From: Muribaculaceae bacterium
GTDB lineage: Bacteria > Bacteroidota > Bacteroidia > Bacteroidales > Muribaculaceae
Direction of reading: 5' to 3'
Assembly: GCA_017620715.1 (NCBI GenBank)
Contig: JAGAUN010000047.1
Location: 3,232-67,231, forward strand
Length of the DNA: 64,000 nucleotides
The notes below the pieces were generated by a model. That model made no database searches. It had not been told where the DNA came from and was given only the letters and a program-made list of their open reading frames with translations. Numbering within the stretch: position 1 is the first letter of the stretch; each line of letters begins with the position of its first letter. A program made the translations under genes and the position numbers. Positions 59,437-64,000 of this stretch are shown piece by piece.

Positions 59437-60801
59437 ATGAAGACTGAAATTACTATAAATCGTGGTCTTGACTTGAGCCTTAAAGGCAGCTTGCCTGCCG
59501 ATGCTCAGATAAGGAGCGTGGCTGCCGCTCAGATTGCGGTTGTGCCCGACGATTACCCCGGTTTCACTCCCAAACTTGAAGTAAAAGAGGGAAGTGAAGT
59601 GGTGGCAGGTGAGCCGCTGATGCATGCCAAGGAGTGCGATGCGGTGAAACTTGTGAGTCCTGTTTCGGGGCGTGTCAAGGAGGTGAAGCGCGGCGAACGC
59701 CGTAAGATATTATATGTGTCGGTCGAAGCGGCCGATGTGGCTAAGGCTCCCGTGGCCGAAGTGCCCGGCAAAGATGCCGAGTCAATCCGCACCGCATTGC
59801 AGCAGTCAGGCCTGTGGGCGCTTATGCGTCAACGGCCTTACGACATTGTTCCGGTGCCCGACCGCTCGCCCCGCGATATCTTCATTACGGCTGTCGACAG
59901 TGCTCCGCTGGCAATGCCTCTCACTGCTGAGGTGCCCGACGGTGCTTCGCGCATCGATGCCGGCCTTAAGGCTCTTATGCAGCTTACCGAGGGTCACATA
60001 TATATAAGTTTTCGTCCGGGAGCCGACCGTGGTATTGTGCCCGAATGGGCCTATACTTCCAACCGCGTAGTTGTGACGGAGGTCAATGGCAAACATCCCG
60101 CAGGTAATGCCGGAGTGCAGATTGCGGCCCTCGCTCCGGTCAACAAAGGTGATTTGGTGTGGACTCTCGACATCGTCACGCTGTGGCGCATAGGCTCGCT
60201 CATGATTGACGGTCATGTCGACTGGTCGACACGCGTGGCGGTAACCGGTTCGGAGGTCGCAGAACCTTTCATAGCCGAGACCGTTGTCGGCGCATCGGTT
60301 GAGCCTCTGCTCGCAGGAGCATTGACCGAGGGCGACCGCCATCTGCGTATTATTTCGGGCAATGTGCTCACCGGCGTGAAGATTTCGCCCGACGGTTATC
60401 TTCACTATCCCTATCGCCAGATTACAGTGATACCCGAAGGCGACGATGTGGACGAATTTATGGGCTGGGCTTCGATGAGTACCAAGAAGATGAGCGAAAG
60501 CCGCTCATTCCTGTCAAAGATTTTCGGCCGCAAGGAGTTTGCTCCCGATGCCCGCGTGCTTGGTGGCAAGCGAGCCATGATTATGTCAGGGCTCTACGAT
60601 AAGGTTTTCCCCATGGATATTCTCCCCGAGTATCTCCTCAAAGCTATCATCTCGAAAGATATCGACAAGATGGAGCAACTTGGCATTTACGAGGTGGCTC
60701 CTGAAGATTTCGCGCTGTGCGAATATGTTGACCCATCGAAAATAGAGATTCAGAAATTAGTGCGCGACGGACTCGATTATATGCGCAAGGAGGTCGAATA
60801 A
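59437..60801 (+). CDS. nqrA: Na+-translocating NADH:quinone oxidoreductase subunit A
   Basis: GLDLSL.G, SPVSGRV..V.RGERR, HPAGN, ISGNVLTG, EDFALCEYVDPSK. Start at MKTEI; -7 box at 59356-59363. Confidence 0.95.
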   Translation: MKTEITINRGLDLSLKGSLPADAQIRSVAAAQIAVVPDDYPGFTPKLEVKEGSEVVAGEPLMHAKECDAVKLVSPVSGRVKEVKRGERRKILYVSVEAADVAKAPVAEVPGKDAESIRTALQQSGLWALMRQRPYDIVPVPDRSPRDIFITAVDSAPLAMPLTAEVPDGASRIDAGLKALMQLTEGHIYISFRPGADRGIVPEWAYTSNRVVVTEVNGKHPAGNAGVQIAALAPVNKGDLVWTLDIVTLWRIGSLMIDGHVDWSTRVAVTGSEVAEPFIAETVVGASVEPLLAGALTEGDRHLRIISGNVLTGVKISPDGYLHYPYRQITVIPEGDDVDEFMGWASMSTKKMSESRSFLSKIFGRKEFAPDARVLGGKRAMIMSGLYDKVFPMDILPEYLLKAIISKDIDKMEQLGIYEVAPEDFALCEYVDPSKIEIQKLVRDGLDYMRKEVE

Positions 60802-60841
60802 CAAAGTTTACTGCATAAGAATCAAAACATTATCACTAAAT

Positions 60842-62035
60842 ATGTTGCGAAAATATCTCGATAAAATAAAACCGCACTTCCAGCCGGGTGGAAAGCTGAG
60901 CGCTTTCCAGTCGGTGTTTGAAGGTATGGAGACTTTCCTCTATACACCGCGGTCAACATCGGCATCGGGCGTACACGTACACGACGCCATCGACTCCAAG
61001 CGAGTCATGATTATTGTTGTGGTGGCTCTCTTGCCGTGTCTGTTGTTCGGTATGTACAATACCGGCTATCAGAATTCTCTGTGCTCGGGCGTGGAGATGA
61101 GTTTTTGGGAAATGATGGCCTACGGTTTTCTGGCTATTCTGCCCAAGTTGGTCGTTACCTATGTGGTAGGCCTCGGTATAGAGTTTGCCATAGCACAGGT
61201 GCGCCACGAAGAGATTATGGAGGGCTTCCTCGTGACCGGTATTCTGGTGCCTCTTATCTGTCCCGTCACCACTCCCCTGTGGATGCTTGCCGTAGCTACC
61301 GCATTCTCGGTAATTTTTGTCAAGGAGGTATTCGGCGGCACAGGCTTCAATATATTTAATGTGGCCCTCACCACCCGAGCATTCCTCTTTTTTGCATATC
61401 CGGCGAGCATGAGCGGCGATACCGCATTCATTGCATCCAAGCCTATATGCGGTCTGGGTGGTGCCGTAACATACACCGATGCCGTTTCGGGTGCAACACC
61501 TTTAGGCCAGCTCGCTTCGGGCGCCGATCAGATTACAAACGCCGTGGGCGACCCCGTATCCACCTGGCAGGCTTTCCTCGGGCTGATACCCGGTTCGTTT
61601 GGCGAGACCTCAACCCTCTGTGTGCTCATAGGCGGCGCATTGCTGTTGCTCACCGGCATAGCAAGCTGGCGCATAATGCTGTCGGTGTTTGCCGGCGGTT
61701 TATTTATGGGCTGGATTGCAAATATCTTCGGCACTCCCACCTATCCGGCATCGTTGCTTAGCCCTGTTGACCAGCTCGTGTACGGCGGTTTCGCTTTCGC
61801 CGCAGTGTTTATGGCCACCGACCCCGTTACCGCAGCCCGTACAGGCATAGGCAAATACATATATGGATTTTTGGTTGGCGTGATTGCCATACTGATACGT
61901 GTGTATAACAACGGCTATCCCGAAGGCGCGATGCTCGCGGTGCTTCTCATGAACGCCCTCGCTCCGCTTATCGACTACTGTGTGGTACAGGCCAATGTGA
62001 GCCGCCGCATGCGCAGAGCCCGTTCCAATTCTTAA
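60842..62035 (+). CDS. nqrB: NQR subunit B
   Basis: KEVFGGTG, AYPASMSGD, SGATPL flavinylation motif, MATDPVT. Confidence 0.96.
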   Translation: MLRKYLDKIKPHFQPGGKLSAFQSVFEGMETFLYTPRSTSASGVHVHDAIDSKRVMIIVVVALLPCLLFGMYNTGYQNSLCSGVEMSFWEMMAYGFLAILPKLVVTYVVGLGIEFAIAQVRHEEIMEGFLVTGILVPLICPVTTPLWMLAVATAFSVIFVKEVFGGTGFNIFNVALTTRAFLFFAYPASMSGDTAFIASKPICGLGGAVTYTDAVSGATPLGQLASGADQITNAVGDPVSTWQAFLGLIPGSFGETSTLCVLIGGALLLLTGIASWRIMLSVFAGGLFMGWIANIFGTPTYPASLLSPVDQLVYGGFAFAAVFMATDPVTAARTGIGKYIYGFLVGVIAILIRVYNNGYPEGAMLAVLLMNALAPLIDYCVVQANVSRRMRRARSNS

Positions 62036-62047
62036 TACCTACCGAAG

Positions 62048-62755
62048 ATGAACAAGCAAAGCAATACATACACAGTATTATACATCATCGTAATGGTGGT
62101 GATAGTAGGTGCGGCACTGGCCATTACCTCGCTTGCCCTCAAGCCCAAGCAGCAGGCCGATGAGAAGGCCGACCGCATGTGCCAGATATTAGCCTCCGTA
62201 CATATCGAAGCCAATGGCGACAACGCCATTTCGGAATTCAACCGATATATTACCCGTCAGATTGTAGTCAACGCTGCCGGTGACAGCATCGGTTCCGACG
62301 CTTTTGCCGTAGATGTGGCGGCACAGGCCAAATTGCCCGACTCTGACCGCAGCCTTCCGGTATTTGTGTGCCGGTTGTCCGACGGAGCGGTAAAATATAT
62401 TATCCCCGCTTACGGTTCCGGTCTCTGGGGCCCGATATGGGGGTATGTGGCTGTCGATGCCGACGGCTCCACCATATACGGTGCATATTATGGCCATCAG
62501 GGTGAGACTCCCGGCCTGGGCGCCAAGATAGCCGAGCCGCAGTTCAGCACTCCGTTCGAGGGCAAACACCTCTTCAAAGATGGTGTTTTCGCACCGGTCT
62601 CGGTTGTAAAGATAGGCATGAAGCCCGTGGCCAACGAGGATTATGTCGATGCCATAGCCGGAGCCACCATCACCAGCCGCGGTGTAGGCGATATGCTCGC
62701 CAACTGTCTGCGGCCCTACAAAACCTTCCTTGAAAACGTAAGCAAGCACAATTGA
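62048..62755 (+). CDS. nqrC: NQR subunit C
   Basis: [27 protein letters not shown]. Confidence 0.96.
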   Translation: MNKQSNTYTVLYIIVMVVIVGAALAITSLALKPKQQADEKADRMCQILASVHIEANGDNAISEFNRYITRQIVVNAAGDSIGSDAFAVDVAAQAKLPDSDRSLPVFVCRLSDGAVKYIIPAYGSGLWGPIWGYVAVDADGSTIYGAYYGHQGETPGLGAKIAEPQFSTPFEGKHLFKDGVFAPVSVVKIGMKPVANEDYVDAIAGATITSRGVGDMLANCLRPYKTFLENVSKHN

Positions 62756-62757
62756 TT

Positions 62758-63384
62758 ATGGCAGAAAAAATCAGCAATAAGAGCGTATTGTTTAATCCGT
62801 TCTCCAAAAACAATCCTGTCATTGTGCAGGTGCTCGGCATCTGCTCTGTATTGGCAGTAACGGTAAGCCTCGAACCCGCCATAGTGATGGGCATATCGGT
62901 TGTAGCCGTATTGGCATTTGCCAACGTGATAATTTCGCTTATCCGCAACACCATCCCCACCAATATACGCATTATTGTGCAACTGGTGGTTGTGGCCGGA
63001 CTGGTGGTGATAGTCGATCAGCTTCTTAAGGCATACACTTACGATGTAAGCAAGCAGCTGTCGGTATTCATATCGCTTATCATAACCAACTGTATACTCA
63101 TGGGCCGACTCGAGGCATTCGCCATGGTCAACAAACCGTGGCCCTCGTTTCTCGACGGTATCGGCAACGGTATAGGCTACGCCCTGATACTTGTGATAGT
63201 GGCATTCTTCCGCGAACTGCTCGGAAGCGGTACCCTCCTCGGATTTCAGGTTGTTCCGCAGTGGTGTTACGATCACGGCTATGTCAACAACGGTCTGATG
63301 ATACTGCCTCCTATGGCTCTGATTGTGGTAGGCTGCATCATCTGGGTACACCGCAGTTTCAACAAAGATTTGCAGGAGGACTGA
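62758..63384 (+). CDS. nqrD: NQR subunit D
   Basis: [36 protein letters not shown]. Confidence 0.96.
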   Translation: MAEKISNKSVLFNPFSKNNPVIVQVLGICSVLAVTVSLEPAIVMGISVVAVLAFANVIISLIRNTIPTNIRIIVQLVVVAGLVVIVDQLLKAYTYDVSKQLSVFISLIITNCILMGRLEAFAMVNKPWPSFLDGIGNGIGYALILVIVAFFRELLGSGTLLGFQVVPQWCYDHGYVNNGLMILPPMALIVVGCIIWVHRSFNKDLQED

Positions 63385-63451
63385 TTACGCCGCAGCCCGC
63401 AACCATTAAAACTCAACAATAGAATACAAATCACACGATTATAACCGCACG

Positions 63452-64000
63452 ATGGAAAATCTGAATTTGTTTATCCGCTCGATATTTGTCGACAACATGA
63501 TATTTGCCTACTTCCTCGGCATGTGCTCGTTTGTGGCGGTATCGAAAAATGTGAAAACAGCATTGGGCCTCGGCATTGCCGTGACATTCATGCTCGTCAT
63601 CACCCTGCCTATCAACTACCTGCTCAATACATATGTACTGCAGGCGGGCGCACTCTCGTGGCTCGGCGACGAGTATGCATCGGTTGACCTCAGCTTCCTC
63701 TCGCTCATACTCTTTATTGCCGTAATAGCATCAATGACGCAGCTGGTAGAGATGGCCGTGGAGAAATACTCGCCCTCACTTTATGGCTCGCTTGGCATAT
63801 TCCTTCCACTTATTGCAGTAAACTGTGCCATACTCGGCGGCTCGCTCTTCATGCAGCAGCGTGGATTCTCGAGCGTGATGACGGCCGTCAGCGCCGGTGC
63901 CGGTTGGGGTCTCGGCTGGCTCCTCGCCATTGTGGCAATAGCGGCCATACGCGAACGCCTTGCCACCTATTCAAATATACCCCGTCCGCTGCGTGGCATA
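63452..64000 (+). CDS. nqrE: NQR subunit E (runs off the window end)
   Basis: ATG at 63452 reads MENLNLFIRSIFVDNMIFAYFLGMCSF...LPLIAVNCAILGG. Missing from the ORF track because there is no stop. Confidence 0.93.
   Translation, partial: MENLNLFIRSIFVDNMIFAYFLGMCSFVAVSKNVKTALGLGIAVTFMLVITLPINYLLNTYVLQAGALSWLGDEYASVDLSFLSLILFIAVIASMTQLVEMAVEKYSPSLYGSLGIFLPLIAVNCAILGGSLFMQQRGFSSVMTAVSAGAGWGLGWLLAIVAIAAIRERLATYSNIPRPLRGI

Overview
Chromosomal 64-kb window from a Bacteroidales bacterium. The TAnnTTTG -7 promoter boxes, T9SS-type C-terminal domains, gldH, exbB-exbD-exbD-tonB and nqrA-E order and GC-rich codon use suggest Muribaculaceae (inference). It is mostly housekeeping: rpiB, pyrG-yidC-ferritin, rsmA-mgtE, a zapB-like/zapA/rny/ricT/gldH/HAD/aminopeptidase/cca operon, gdhA, galM, kdsB, pfp, lrp/metY-metF-metH, dxs-trkA-trkH, tRNA-Gly-Gly-Leu, tpx, manA, dprA, cstA, bioA-bioF-bioGC, tonB system and nqr. 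No integrase, transposase, CRISPR array or rRNA is recognisable. Best leads: (1) RNase Y directly followed by a RicT/PSP1 protein with a Gly/Cys-rich N-terminus resembling the RicF tail, suggesting a one-protein 'Y-complex', preceded by a structured RNA at the syntenic 6S position; (2) a solo AAA/DUF4143 ATPase-nuclease gene with a 23-bp x ~3.8 tandem repeat over its promoter; (3) a second phosphomannose-isomerase paralog that keeps its metal ligands but has altered catalytic residues; (4) a small T9SS-CTD protein coupled to a CTD-less secreted CotH kinase; (5) an orphan promoter with a candidate sRNA beside bioA, and an ECF-type promoter on a secreted protein. All calls are from motif recognition by eye; no searches were run.
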